Source: an uncultured Chloroflexia bacterium (GTDB taxonomy: Bacteria > Chloroflexota > Limnocylindria > Limnocylindrales > CSP1-4). From it: DNA of 64,000 bases. The stretch lies in NCBI GenBank assembly GCA_963762445.1, contig CAVXLA010000005.1, positions 554,803-618,802 on the forward strand, read 5' to 3'. Under the pieces are notes generated by a model. The model searched no databases, was not told where the DNA came from, and saw nothing but the letters and a program-made list of their open reading frames with translations. Below, piece after piece: positions 45,539-54,518 of the stretch. Both the position numbers and the translations under genes were made by a program. Numbering within the stretch: the first letter of the stretch is position 1; the number at the start of each line of letters is the position of its first letter.

Positions 45539-46102
45539 ATGAGCGTGCTGCAGGTCGTGGCGATCGCCTCGCTCGTCCTCTTCGTCCTGCTCGTGGTCGC
45601 GTTCGCGACGGTGCTCCGGCGAGCGGCGCGCCTTGTCGCCACCACCCGAGCGGACGAGGGGTTCCGCCGTGACGGCGCCGCCCTTGCCGAGCGTGCCGCC
45701 GCCGCGATCTCGCCCGGTGCGGAGCGCATCGACCGCGTCCGCCGCCGGACCGACGCCCCCGCGGCGCTGGACGACGTGCTTCCCCGTCTCCTCGAGACGC
45801 TTGGTGCCCTCCGCGGGGAGGCGGGCGCGCTCGTCCCGCCCGCCGCGCTCGCGGGCCCCGGCGCGCGCATCGCGGAGGAGATCGACCGGGCGGCGCGGGC
45901 CATCGAGATGGTCGAGCACGGTTGCGTCCTCCTCGGCGTCGGGACCGGCCGGCCGCGCGAGCTCGAGGGCGAGACGTCGATCAAGCGCGGCTACCTGAAC
46001 CTGCTGCACGCCCGCGAGGCGCTGACCTCGCTCGCCTCCGGCCTGCGATCCGGCCGCACGGAGGCCGGGGGGCGGCCGAACGACCGGTCGCGCGGCGGCT
46101 GA
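45539..46102 (+). CDS. hypothetical N-terminally anchored protein (187 aa)
   Basis: ATG 8 nt after the etfA stop. TM 'VLQVVAIASLVLFVLLVVAFATVL' followed by an Ala/Arg-rich helical region. Confidence 0.45.
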   Translation: MSVLQVVAIASLVLFVLLVVAFATVLRRAARLVATTRADEGFRRDGAALAERAAAAISPGAERIDRVRRRTDAPAALDDVLPRLLETLGALRGEAGALVPPAALAGPGARIAEEIDRAARAIEMVEHGCVLLGVGTGRPRELEGETSIKRGYLNLLHAREALTSLASGLRSGRTEAGGRPNDRSRGG

Positions 46103-46198
46103 GTCCAGCGTCACGTTCGAGGCGGCCGAGCGGACCGGCGTCACGTCCAGGGCCACAGGCCGGCAACCGCGGCCCGCGCCGCAGGGCACGTACCGGGA

Positions 46199-46214
46199 CC
46201 ACCGTATGTCGTGG
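46199..46214. promoter_or_regulatory. NrdR-box-like palindrome 1 (CCACCGTATGTCGTGG)
   Basis: Inverted arms CCAC/GTGG around an AT-containing core. Overlaps a TATCGT -10-like hexamer at 46215-46220. Confidence 0.5.
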
Positions 46215-46229
46215 TATCGTCCGCCCAGC

Positions 46230-46245
46230 CCACAAGATGTTGTGG
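46230..46245. promoter_or_regulatory. NrdR-box-like palindrome 2 (CCACAAGATGTTGTGG)
   Basis: Close to the published NrdR box consensus acaCwAtATaTwGtgt. Its centre lies 31 bp from box 1, the usual tandem spacing. Confidence 0.6.
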
Positions 46246-46265
46246 TGTCCGCGGCGGAGGTCGGG

Positions 46266-46748
46266 ATGCGCTGTCCCACGTGCGAGGAGCGCGACACGCG
46301 GGTGGTGGACTCGCGGGACCTCGAGGACGCCGCCACGATCCGACGCCGCCGGGAGTGCGTCCGGTGCGGCGCCCGGTTCACGACCTACGAGCGCATGGAG
46401 GCCGCCCGGCTGGTGGTCGTCAAGCGCGACGGCGCCCGCCAGGAGTTCGACCGCGACAAGCTCGCGGCGGGCATCCGCAAGGCGCTGACTCGCCGTCCGG
46501 TCGCCGAGGGGGCCGCGGAGCGCGCCGCCGACGAGATCGAGGCGACCCTCCGGTCGGCCGGCGCGTCCGAGGTGGAGTCTTCGCGGATCGGCGAGCTCGC
46601 CATGGAGCGGCTGCGCGCCCTCGACCAGATCGCCTACATCCGCTTCGCCAGCGTCTACCAGTCGTTCGAGGACCTCGAGACGCTCAAGCGCGAGGTGGAC
46701 TCGCTCTACGCCGAGCGCGAGCCCGCGACGGGGGCTGGCTGGCCGTGA
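46266..46748 (+). CDS. nrdR: transcriptional repressor NrdR (zinc ribbon + ATP-cone)
   Basis: '[17 protein letters not shown]....[16 protein letters not shown]', '[16 protein letters not shown]', 'AYIRFASVY'. Confidence 0.95.
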   Translation: MRCPTCEERDTRVVDSRDLEDAATIRRRRECVRCGARFTTYERMEAARLVVVKRDGARQEFDRDKLAAGIRKALTRRPVAEGAAERAADEIEATLRSAGASEVESSRIGELAMERLRALDQIAYIRFASVYQSFEDLETLKREVDSLYAEREPATGAGWP

Positions 46749-47338
46749 GCGTCCTCGCCGACCGCGACATCCGGGCCGCGCTCGAGGCGGGCCGGATCCG
46801 GATCGAGCCCTACGACCCGGCGGACCTCCAGCCCTCGTCGGTGGACCTCCACCTCGACCGCAGCTTCCGCGTCTTCCGCAACAATCGCTACGCCTTTATC
46901 GACCCCCGGGAGGCCCAGCCCGACCTGACGGAGCTGCTGGGCGTCCGCGACGACGAGCCGTTCATCCTGCACCCGGGCGAGTTCGTCCTCGGCCAAACGA
47001 TCGAGTGGGTCGAGCTGCCGACCGACCTCGTGGCCAGGCTCGAGGGGAAGTCGAGTTTAGGCCGTCTCGGCCTGCTGATCCATTCCACGGCCGGCTACGT
47101 GGACCCGGGCTGGAAGGGGACCCTGACCCTCGAGCTCTCCAACGTCGCGAACCTGCCGATCGCCCTGTACGCCGGCATGCGGATCGGGCAGATCAGCTTC
47201 TTCCAGATGTCGAGCCCGGTGGAGCGCCCCTACGGCACCTCCGAGCTCGGCTCCAAGTACCAGGGGCAGAGCCAGCCGACGGCCTCGGCGTTCCACCGCG
47301 ACTTCGACGCCCGCCGGAAGCTCCCGGAGAAGGGCTGA
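46745..47338 (+). CDS. dcd: dCTP deaminase
   Basis: GTGA overlap with nrdR. '[10 protein letters not shown]', '[35 protein letters not shown]', 'YQGQ'. Confidence 0.92.
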   Translation: MSVLADRDIRAALEAGRIRIEPYDPADLQPSSVDLHLDRSFRVFRNNRYAFIDPREAQPDLTELLGVRDDEPFILHPGEFVLGQTIEWVELPTDLVARLEGKSSLGRLGLLIHSTAGYVDPGWKGTLTLELSNVANLPIALYAGMRIGQISFFQMSSPVERPYGTSELGSKYQGQSQPTASAFHRDFDARRKLPEKG

Positions 47339-47344
47339 CCGGCG

Positions 47345-48205
47345 GTGGCCCTGAACGATGCCGTCGCCTGGGCGGCGGACCTCGGGCGGGGCACCCGCGT
47401 CGCGCTCGTGCAGGCCGGGACGTTCCGCTCCGACGCAGGCGCCCTCTTCGGCCCGGCGCCCCGCGTCCTCTGGGGGAAGCTCGTCGCCGACGAGCTGGAC
47501 GACCAGCACCGCCTCCTGCAGGCGCTGAACTGCCTGCTGGTCGAGACGCCCGCCGGCCGGGTCCTGGTGGAGACTGGCATCGGGGAGCGGCTCGACGAGC
47601 GCGGGCGCGCCTGGCGAGGCCTCGGTGGCGAGCCGATCGTCCCGACCCTCGAGCGGGCCGGCTTCGATCCTGCCAGCGTCGACATCGTGGCCATGAGCCA
47701 CCTCCACTACGACCACGCCGGCGGCCTTCTGCGCGGGGACGGCTCGCGCGCGTTCCCGCGGGCGCGGATCGTCGCCCAGCGGGCGGAGTGGGAGATCGCC
47801 CTCTCGGAGAACCCGCGGATCGTCGCCTCCTACGACCAGCCGGAGCTGCGCCTCGTCCGCGCCTGGGGCGACGAGGGCGCCGCCGACGGCGAGGTGGAGC
47901 TGGTCCCGGGCGTGACCGTCGTTCCCACCGGCGGCCACACCGCGGGTCACCAGGCGGTCGTCGTGCGGGCGCCGGGCGAGACGCTCGCCTTCTTCGGCGA
48001 CATCGCGATGCGCCCGTGGTCGGCCAACCCGCGCTGGATCCCGTCGTTCGACGACTTCCCGCTCGACTCGGTGGCCCGCAAGGCGACCCTCTTCGCGCGG
48101 GCCGCCGAGGAGCGCTGGACGGTGGTCCTCTCCCACGAGCTGCGCCACCCGGTCGGCCGCCTCGTCGCCGAGCGCGACCGGTTCGCCTGGGAGCCGCTCA
48201 CGTAG
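47345..48205 (+). CDS. MBL-fold metallo-hydrolase
   Basis: 'VAMSHLHYDHAGGL', 'PTGGHTAGH'. Confidence 0.75.
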   Translation: MALNDAVAWAADLGRGTRVALVQAGTFRSDAGALFGPAPRVLWGKLVADELDDQHRLLQALNCLLVETPAGRVLVETGIGERLDERGRAWRGLGGEPIVPTLERAGFDPASVDIVAMSHLHYDHAGGLLRGDGSRAFPRARIVAQRAEWEIALSENPRIVASYDQPELRLVRAWGDEGAADGEVELVPGVTVVPTGGHTAGHQAVVVRAPGETLAFFGDIAMRPWSANPRWIPSFDDFPLDSVARKATLFARAAEERWTVVLSHELRHPVGRLVAERDRFAWEPLT

Positions 48206-48267
48206 TGGTCGCTCGCCCGGCTGAGGCTCCGCGCGGCTGACGGTTGCGCGATGTCGCCGCCCGCCCC

Positions 48268-48273
48268 TAGGAT
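48268..48273 (+). promoter_or_regulatory. -10-like box TAGGAT, 6 nt upstream of ATG 48280 (leaderless)
   Basis: TAGGAT at 48268-48273; ATG at 48280. Confidence 0.4.
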
Positions 48274-48279
48274 CGCGGA

Positions 48280-48993
48280 ATGACGACTGCACCGATTGTC
48301 CTGGTTCCCGGGTTCTGGCTCGGCGCGTGGGCCTGGGACGAGGTCGCCGCCGCGTTGCGCGCCGACGGCCACGACGTCACCGCGATGACGCTGCCCGGTC
48401 TCGAGTCAGTCGATGCCGACCGATCCGCGATCACGCTGTCGGACCACGTCGACGCGATCTGCGACGCGGTCAGGGCGGCGGGAGCCCCCGTCGTGCTCGC
48501 CGTGCACAGCGGGACCGGGTTCTCCGGCTACGCCGCGAGCGACCGCGTCCCGGAGCGGATCGCGGCGATGGTCTACGTCGACACCGCGCCCGGCAAGGGC
48601 GCCCTGGACCCCGATCTCGAGGGCGTTGAGAAGCCCCTCGACTGGAAGGCGATCGAAGAGGAGGAGAACCTCGACGGGCTCAGCGAGAAGCAGAAGGAGA
48701 CGTTCCGGCGGCGGGCGGTGCCGGAGCCGGGCGGCGTCCTGCGTGAGGGGGCCGACCTCGCCAACGACGCGCGCCGCGACATCCCGAGCACGATCATCTG
48801 CACGGGCTTCCCGTCGGACCAGGTCAAGGCCTACGCAAAGGAGCACAACTGGGCGTGGCTCGCCGGTGTCGCCGAGCTGCGCGACGTCACCTGGGTGGAC
48901 CTGCCGACGAGCCACTGGCCGATGTGGTCGCGCCCCCGGGAGCTCGCCGGGATCATCGGCGACGTCGCCAAGAATCACGCCCCCGGCGCCTAG
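48280..48993 (+). CDS. alpha/beta-fold hydrolase
   Basis: 'IVLVPGFWLGAWAW', nucleophile-elbow-like 'VLAVHSGTGFSG', C-terminal 'SHWPMWS'. Confidence 0.7.
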   Translation: MTTAPIVLVPGFWLGAWAWDEVAAALRADGHDVTAMTLPGLESVDADRSAITLSDHVDAICDAVRAAGAPVVLAVHSGTGFSGYAASDRVPERIAAMVYVDTAPGKGALDPDLEGVEKPLDWKAIEEEENLDGLSEKQKETFRRRAVPEPGGVLREGADLANDARRDIPSTIICTGFPSDQVKAYAKEHNWAWLAGVAELRDVTWVDLPTSHWPMWSRPRELAGIIGDVAKNHAPGA

Positions 48994-49083
48994 CCGTACT
49001 CGGCGAGGACGCCGCCACACCGGTATCGCCGGACAGTCCCCGATCAGCCGAGTGTCACCAACCTGGAGGCCCGGCACACCTGA

Positions 49084-49791
49084 CTAGGGAGCGCTGGAGG
49101 GCGGCGGAGTCGGGCTGCCGCCCGGCGCCGAAAGGCCCAGCAGGGCCAGGTTCGAGGCCGCGCTCTCGGGCGTCACGGGACCCTGGACGATCGAGCGGAT
49201 GACGCCGTCCCGGTCGAGGAAGAACTGGGTGGGCAGGCCGAAGACGCGGTAGCGGCGGAAGACGTCGCCGGCCAGGTCGGCCGCGATCGTGTGGCGGAGG
49301 CCGTATTTCGCCGCATAGGCCCGGACGTCGTCCTCGGTCGCCTCCTGGACGCTGATCCCCACGACCGCGAGACCCAGGGGGGCGTAGGCCGCGGCGAGGT
49401 CGCGGATCGTCGGCGTCTCGGCCTGGCAGGGCGGGCACCAGCTGGCCCAGAACGTGATCCAGACCGGGCGTCCGCGCAGGTCGGCCAGGCGGACCGGGGC
49501 CCCGCCGAGGTCGCGGAGCGGGGCCGGGCTGCCGTCGGGCCCGGCGACCTCGAGCTCCGGGGCGCGGTCCCCCACGCGGAGGCCCTCCCCCCCGGAGCCC
49601 ACGAGGTACTGGGTGGCCCGCGGATCCAGGGGCGGCGGCGTGGCCCCGGGCGCCGCGAGCGGCTGGGTGGCGACGACCAGCACCAGCGCCACCGCCAGGA
49701 CCACGCCGAGGGCCGTCGCGAGCTGGCGGCCCGTGAACGGGCCGACCAGGCCGCGCCGCGTCTCGGGCGCGTCGAGGTGGGGGAGGCTCAT
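49084..49791 (-). CDS. TlpA/ResA-family membrane-anchored thiol:disulfide oxidoreductase
   Basis: N-terminal anchor and the thioredoxin motif 'FWASWCPPCQAETP'. Confidence 0.8.
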   Translation of the reverse strand: MSLPHLDAPETRRGLVGPFTGRQLATALGVVLAVALVLVVATQPLAAPGATPPPLDPRATQYLVGSGGEGLRVGDRAPELEVAGPDGSPAPLRDLGGAPVRLADLRGRPVWITFWASWCPPCQAETPTIRDLAAAYAPLGLAVVGISVQEATEDDVRAYAAKYGLRHTIAADLAGDVFRRYRVFGLPTQFFLDRDGVIRSIVQGPVTPESAASNLALLGLSAPGGSPTPPPSSAP

Positions 49792-49798
49792 CCGGGCG

Positions 49799-50611
49799 TC
49801 AGATGCCGGGGGCGAGGCGGGCGAGCAGGCTCAGCCAGTCCATGATCATGAAGACGCCGATGGTCGAGACGAGGAGCCCGCCGACGAGGCTCACGGCCCG
49901 GCCGTGCCGCACGAGCGGTCGCACGAGGGCCGGGGCCCGGTCGTAGATGGCGCCGAGCACGACGAACGGCACGCCGAGGCCGAAGGTGTAGGCCAGGAGG
50001 AGCAGGCCTCCCTGGAGCGTCGTCCCCGACGACGCCGCGACGGTGAGGATGCCGCCGAGGATGATCCCGATGCACGGGCTCCAGCCGACGGCGAAGACGA
50101 CGCCGAGCCCGAACGAGGCGAGGACGCCGCCCCGCCCGCCCACGAGACGGCCGCCCAGCCGCTGGCCCAGCCCGGGGCCGTCCGCCGCTTCGGGCGAGGC
50201 GAAGGCCACGGTGCCACCCTGTGCGGCCAGCGCCCCGGCCGCGCCCGCCTCGAGAGGCCGCCAGGTCCGGTCGAGGGCCGGGATGCGCAGGATTCCCGCC
50301 AGGTTGAGGCCCAGCACGACGAGGACGACCCCGCCGATCGTCCGCAGCGCCGGCAGGTAGTCGGCCAGCGGGCCGCCGACGAAGGTCGCGGTGACGCCGA
50401 GGATCGTGAAGACGGCGCCGAACCCCAGCACGTAGGCCACCGCGTGGCGGAGGGCCAGCCAGCGCGAGGGCGTCTCGTTCGCCCGCCCAACCACGGCCAC
50501 GACCGTCAGCTGACCGATGTAGGCCGGGACGAGCGGCAGGACGCAGGGCGACAGGAAGCTGATGACCCCGCCGGCGAAGGCGACGGCGAGCGAGAGGTCG
50601 GTGCCGCTCAC
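49799..50611 (-). CDS. ccdA: cytochrome c biogenesis / thiol-reductant transfer protein CcdA (DsbD core)
   Basis: GTG start 'VSGTDLSLAVAFAGGVISFLSPCVLPLVPAY', second Cys 'GWSPCIGIILGG'. The upstream part of the track ORF is an R/P-rich artefact. Confidence 0.85.
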   Translation of the reverse strand: MSGTDLSLAVAFAGGVISFLSPCVLPLVPAYIGQLTVVAVVGRANETPSRWLALRHAVAYVLGFGAVFTILGVTATFVGGPLADYLPALRTIGGVVLVVLGLNLAGILRIPALDRTWRPLEAGAAGALAAQGGTVAFASPEAADGPGLGQRLGGRLVGGRGGVLASFGLGVVFAVGWSPCIGIILGGILTVAASSGTTLQGGLLLLAYTFGLGVPFVVLGAIYDRAPALVRPLVRHGRAVSLVGGLLVSTIGVFMIMDWLSLLARLAPGI

Positions 50612-50892
50612 CAGCCGTACGCCTCGTCGAGGAATGCCCGGACGAGCCCGAAGCGGACGGCAAGCGGGTGGCGCCTTCCCTCGACCTCGAGCACGGGGAT
50701 CTGCTCGAAGAGGGCCCGCTCGATCGCGGGGTCCTCCGCGATCCGCCGCGGGACGAGCCGGGGAACCGGCTGCCCGGCGGCGGCGCGCCCGGACAGGAGC
50801 TCCGTGACGAACTCTTCGGTCTCCTCGCAGAGGTGGCAACGGTCCGAGCGCCACAGCACGAGGTCGGGGAGGGAAGTGGCGGCCGCGTCCAT
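50608..50892 (-). CDS. glutaredoxin-like small thioredoxin-fold protein
   Basis: 'LVLWRSDRCHLCEE' (CxxC) and 'IPVLEV'. GTGA overlap into ccdA. Confidence 0.6.
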   Translation of the reverse strand: MDAAATSLPDLVLWRSDRCHLCEETEEFVTELLSGRAAAGQPVPRLVPRRIAEDPAIERALFEQIPVLEVEGRRHPLAVRFGLVRAFLDEAYGW

Positions 50893-50900
50893 CGCCGGGG

Positions 50901-50906
50901 ATTGTA
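50901..50906 (-). promoter_or_regulatory. -10-like box TACAAT (minus strand), 8 nt upstream of ATG 50892 (leaderless)
   Basis: The plus strand reads ATTGTA at 50901-50906. Confidence 0.4.
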
Positions 50907-51029
50907 CGGCGGAGGCAGCCCGAGGCCGCCCGCGCGTCGGAACGCGCCCCCCGCCGGATGGCGCCGCCGCAGGGACGCCCAGAACGCCGCCGGAGCGTGC
51001 TCGCCGCGTGGAGTACGATCGAGGTCCGC

Positions 51030-51105
51030 GCCCCCGTAGCTCAGTGGATAGAGCGAGGCCGTCCTAAGGCCTGCGTCGGCGGTTCGAGTCCGTCCGGGGG
51101 CGCCA
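51030..51105 (+). tRNA. tRNA-Arg (anticodon CCT)
   Basis: Manual cloverleaf: acceptor GCCCCCG/CGGGGGC, D stem GCTC/GAGC, anticodon stem AGGCC/GGCCT, loop GTCCTAA (CCT at 51063-51065), T stem GGCGG/CCGTC, T loop TTCGAGT, encoded CCA. A TACGAT -10-like box lies at 51014-51019. Confidence 0.92.
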
Positions 51106-51132
51106 GTTTCATCCCCGTGGCATCCTTGGTGC

Positions 51133-51588
51133 GTGGGCAGGACGAGGGTCTCGGCGTTGGCGCTCGTGTTGCTGACACTTGCAGCATGCGGCCCGGGCGG
51201 GCCGAGCTACAAGGAGCTGGCTGCGAACCCGATCTTCGCGAGGCCGATGCCCGGTGCGACTGCCGGTGGCTCGTACGGCGACGACCCAAGGAACGGCATC
51301 GAGGGCGCGACATACGGCTACGCGACTCAGGTGTACGGCATCGACGCGGATGCGCCGGCCGTGCTGGAGTGGCACCGCGCGACCTATGAATCCGACGGGT
51401 GGACACCGACCGACGAGCGGCCGATCGCGATGCAAGACGGCTACTTCCCGAGTAACGCATGGCGGCGCGGCGACCTCATCGTCGGAGTCGGCATCTTGAG
51501 ACGCGACGCCGTTGGGGGCGATCCAGTCGGGTCCCTCCGCGGCAAGACGGTCTACGAGGTGTTCATCACGTTCAAGCCGGCAAGTTAG
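51133..51588 (+). CDS. lipoprotein, function unknown
   Basis: Signal and lipobox 'ALALVLLTLAACG'. Noticeably more A/T-ending codons than upstream genes. TAG stop. Confidence 0.55.
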   Translation: MGRTRVSALALVLLTLAACGPGGPSYKELAANPIFARPMPGATAGGSYGDDPRNGIEGATYGYATQVYGIDADAPAVLEWHRATYESDGWTPTDERPIAMQDGYFPSNAWRRGDLIVGVGILRRDAVGGDPVGSLRGKTVYEVFITFKPAS

Positions 51589-51662
51589 CCAAGAGAAACC
51601 GTTCCTCGGCGAGGGGTCTGAGGCGCACGACACGGCGGTCGCGAGGGGAGCCGGGAGAGGGC

Positions 51663-52202
51663 ATGTCCCGCTACACCACGTGGGCCCAGAGAGAGCACAG
51701 CGAGGCCACGAGGATCGCGATCACGCTCCTTGCAGGCCCCGTCTTCCTGGGCCTGCTCCCACTCCTCGTGGCCGGGGTCGGCCCACGCCTCGACCGCCGG
51801 CTCGGTCTGCCCTCCCTCAGGATCGGACGAGTGAACCGCATCCTCGGCGGGCTTCTGACGGTCCTCGGATTCTCTCTCGGTTTCTGGTCGGTCAACGCCC
51901 AGCTGACTCGAGGCCGGGGTACGCCACTGCCCGTGATGCCCACCCAGGAGCTGCTGACCGAGGGTCCGTTCCGCTACTGCCGCAATCCGATGACGCTGGG
52001 AGCCATCCTGGCCTACCTGGGCATGGCGGTCGCCAAGGGGACGATCGCGGGCACGGTCCTCGTCCTCTCCCTGGCCGCCTCCCTGCTGGTCTATCTCAAG
52101 CGCCTCGAGGAGGGGGAGCTGGCCGAGAGGTTCGGCGAGGCCTACCTGGCGTACAAGCGAGAGACGCCCTTCATCATCCCGCGGCTTCCGAGACGGCGCT
52201 GA
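51663..52202 (+). CDS. isoprenylcysteine carboxyl methyltransferase (ICMT)/phospholipid methyltransferase-family membrane protein
   Basis: About 4 TM helices. 'LLTEGPFRYCRNPMTLG', 'EEGELAERFGEAYLAYKRETP'. Confidence 0.7.
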   Translation: MSRYTTWAQREHSEATRIAITLLAGPVFLGLLPLLVAGVGPRLDRRLGLPSLRIGRVNRILGGLLTVLGFSLGFWSVNAQLTRGRGTPLPVMPTQELLTEGPFRYCRNPMTLGAILAYLGMAVAKGTIAGTVLVLSLAASLLVYLKRLEEGELAERFGEAYLAYKRETPFIIPRLPRRR

Positions 52203-52379
52203 CCACGACGCTGGAGACCGCACTGCCCCACACGGGCCCCCGAGCAGCGACCCTGGCCGAGGGTGCGGGTGCGTGGTGACCGCCGGCGCAGCGCATGCGG
52301 CCACCACCGGGGACCGGTGCCACGTGCGCTGCGACCGTGGCGAGGGCGGCTTCGTCTTGCACGTCGCCGGCTGAACCGA

Positions 52380-52421
52380 GAGTCGGGCTCGCTCGCCGGA
52401 GCGCGCGAGCGAGCCCGACTC
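52380..52421. terminator. perfect 17-bp GC-rich hairpin between convergent genes (candidate U-tract-less bidirectional terminator)
   Basis: GAGTCGGGCTCGCTCGC (52380-52396), 8-nt loop, GCGAGCGAGCCCGACTC (52405-52421). It lies 19 nt beyond the ABC ATPase stop. Confidence 0.5.
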
Positions 52422-52439
52422 ATCCGGGATCACGGAGAC

Positions 52440-53216
52440 TCAGGCTGCCGCCGCCAGCCTGCGCTCCTCGTCGACCACGCGGCCGTCGCGCATTCGGATG
52501 ATCCGGTCGCACGCGGCACCCACCTCGGGGTCGTGGGTCACGATGACAAACGTCTGGCGGCGAGTCCGGTTGAGGTCTCGCAGCAGGCCCAGGATCTCCG
52601 CGGTCCGCGCGGAGTCCAGGTTGCCCGTGGGCTCGTCGGCGAACACGACGGCAGGCTGGTTCACGAGCGCACGGGCGATCGCCACCCGCTGCTGCTCGCC
52701 GCCGGAGAGCTCGGACGGCAGATGGTCCGTGCGCGCGCTCAGCCCGACGAGCGCGAGGGCCTCGGCGGCCGCCTGGCGCGCCCTGCGACCGGGCACGCCG
52801 GCGTACTCCGCGGCCAGCGCGACGTTCTCCAGCGCAGTCAGCACCGGCACCAGGTTGAACGCCTGAAAGACGAACCCCATCTCGCGGGCCCGGGCGCGGG
52901 TCCGCTCGGCGTCCGACGCGTGACCGAGATCGCGGCCCGCGAACCGGACTTCGGGGGCGGGGCCGTCCTGGGCGTCGGGCAGGTGCAGGAGGCCGAGCAG
53001 GTGCATCAGGGTGGACTTGCCGGACCCGGACGGGCCCATGATCGCGACCATCTCGCCTGCGTCGATCCGGATGTCCACGCCCCGGAGGGCCTCGACCCGG
53101 TTGGTCTTGGAGAGGCGGTACGACTTGCGGAGGTTGTGCGCGTCGATGAGCGGCATTGCGGTGATCTCCAGGCTGCAGGTGGCGGACGGAGTGAGGGGTG
53201 CGGCCACGGTGTTCAT
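52440..53216 (-). CDS. ABC transporter ATP-binding protein, MacB/LolD/FtsE type
   Basis: Walker A 'GPSGSGKST', Q-loop 'FVFQAFNL', signature 'LSGGEQQRVAIARAL', Walker B 'VVFADEPTGNLD', H-loop 'VTHD'. ATGA overlap with the permease stop. Confidence 0.9.
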   Translation of the reverse strand: MNTVAAPLTPSATCSLEITAMPLIDAHNLRKSYRLSKTNRVEALRGVDIRIDAGEMVAIMGPSGSGKSTLMHLLGLLHLPDAQDGPAPEVRFAGRDLGHASDAERTRARAREMGFVFQAFNLVPVLTALENVALAAEYAGVPGRRARQAAAEALALVGLSARTDHLPSELSGGEQQRVAIARALVNQPAVVFADEPTGNLDSARTAEILGLLRDLNRTRRQTFVIVTHDPEVGAACDRIIRMRDGRVVDEERRLAAAA

Positions 53217-54379
53217 TCGTGGCGCAGCGCGGCGACGGGGTCGAGCCGGGCCGCAGTCCAGGCAGGGACCAGGCCCGCCGCCATCCCGAGGATCGCGGCG
53301 AAGCCGACGGAGAAGGCGGCCGTGCCGGGAGTCAGCTCGAACAGGATCGTGCCGCTGGCGCGGCCGGCCTCGTTGGCGAGCAGGACGACGACGGTCCCCA
53401 GGCCCAGGCCCAGGAGCCCGCCGATCAGGCCGATCAGGCCGGCCTCGGTCACGACCTCGCGGACGATCCGCAGGCGCCGGGCGCCGATGGCGCGCCGGAT
53501 CCCGATCTCGCGGGTCCGCTCGGCGACGGCCATCGCCATCGTGTTGACGATCGACAGGCCGCCGACCACGAGGCTGATCAGCCCGATCCCGATGACGATC
53601 GCGTTGAACACGCCGATCGACGCCCCGACGGTCGCGTCGAACTCGGCGCCGGTCATGGCGGTGGTGTGCTCGACCGTGGTCTCGATTCGCCGCGCGAGCG
53701 CCTCGACGTCCGCGCCGGGCGTCGGATAGACGACGAACTGGCTGACGAGCTCGCCGGCCGCGACCTGGTCGCGGACGATCGGGGGCAGGCCGTCGTGGAG
53801 GAGCCGCTGGGCGGTGGAGAACGGCACGCTGATCGTCGTGTCGGGAGCGGTCAGCGTCGGCTCGCGCACGCCGACGACGATGAACCCCCGTCCGCGCAGC
53901 TCGATCGTGTCGCCGACACCGAGGCCGCGCTTGTGGGCGATGTCGGCGCCGATGACGGCGACGTCCGCACCCTCGTCGGCGGCCTCCAGCTCGCGTCCCG
54001 CGGTGAGGCGGACCTGGAGCTGCTCGCGGCCCTGGTCGGCGCCGGCCGGCGTGCCAAGGATCTGGTCGGCGTTGCCGAGGTTGACAGCCCCCCCGGTCGC
54101 CCCGGCCAGGAGCGACACCGTGGGCACCACGGCGTCCACCCCGTCCAGGGCGGCGATCTCGTCGCCCGCCCCGAGGCGCATCGGGAGGCCGAAGCTGGAC
54201 ACGGTGCCGTCGCTGACGAGCACCTTGTCGGCATAGTAGCGGGAGCCGCCGTCGACGAGGGCGTCGATCTTGTTGGCCATGGCGGAGAACACGACCAGGG
54301 CCCAGATGCCGATCGTGATCCCGGCGATGGTGAGACCCGTCCGCAGCTTGCGGCGGGAGAGATTACGGAGCAGGCGCAT
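53213..54379 (-). CDS. ABC transporter permease, FtsX/MacB type
   Basis: N-terminal TM 'LTIAGITIGIWALVVF', large periplasmic MacB-like domain, C-terminal FtsX bundle 'ERTREIGIRRAIGARR...'. Confidence 0.85.
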   Translation of the reverse strand: MRLLRNLSRRKLRTGLTIAGITIGIWALVVFSAMANKIDALVDGGSRYYADKVLVSDGTVSSFGLPMRLGAGDEIAALDGVDAVVPTVSLLAGATGGAVNLGNADQILGTPAGADQGREQLQVRLTAGRELEAADEGADVAVIGADIAHKRGLGVGDTIELRGRGFIVVGVREPTLTAPDTTISVPFSTAQRLLHDGLPPIVRDQVAAGELVSQFVVYPTPGADVEALARRIETTVEHTTAMTGAEFDATVGASIGVFNAIVIGIGLISLVVGGLSIVNTMAMAVAERTREIGIRRAIGARRLRIVREVVTEAGLIGLIGGLLGLGLGTVVVLLANEAGRASGTILFELTPGTAAFSVGFAAILGMAAGLVPAWTAARLDPVAALRHE

Positions 54380-54518
54380 GGCTGGGGGTCCTCGCAGATC
54401 CGGTGTTCGCCGGGCCGCTTCACAGGCGACCCGATGGCTGCAAGGCTGCGGCAGGACGGTCGTCCCGGCGTCCGCCCGGAGGGCGATTCGGCGTCGTCTT
54501 CGGGGAGGAGCGCGGCGC

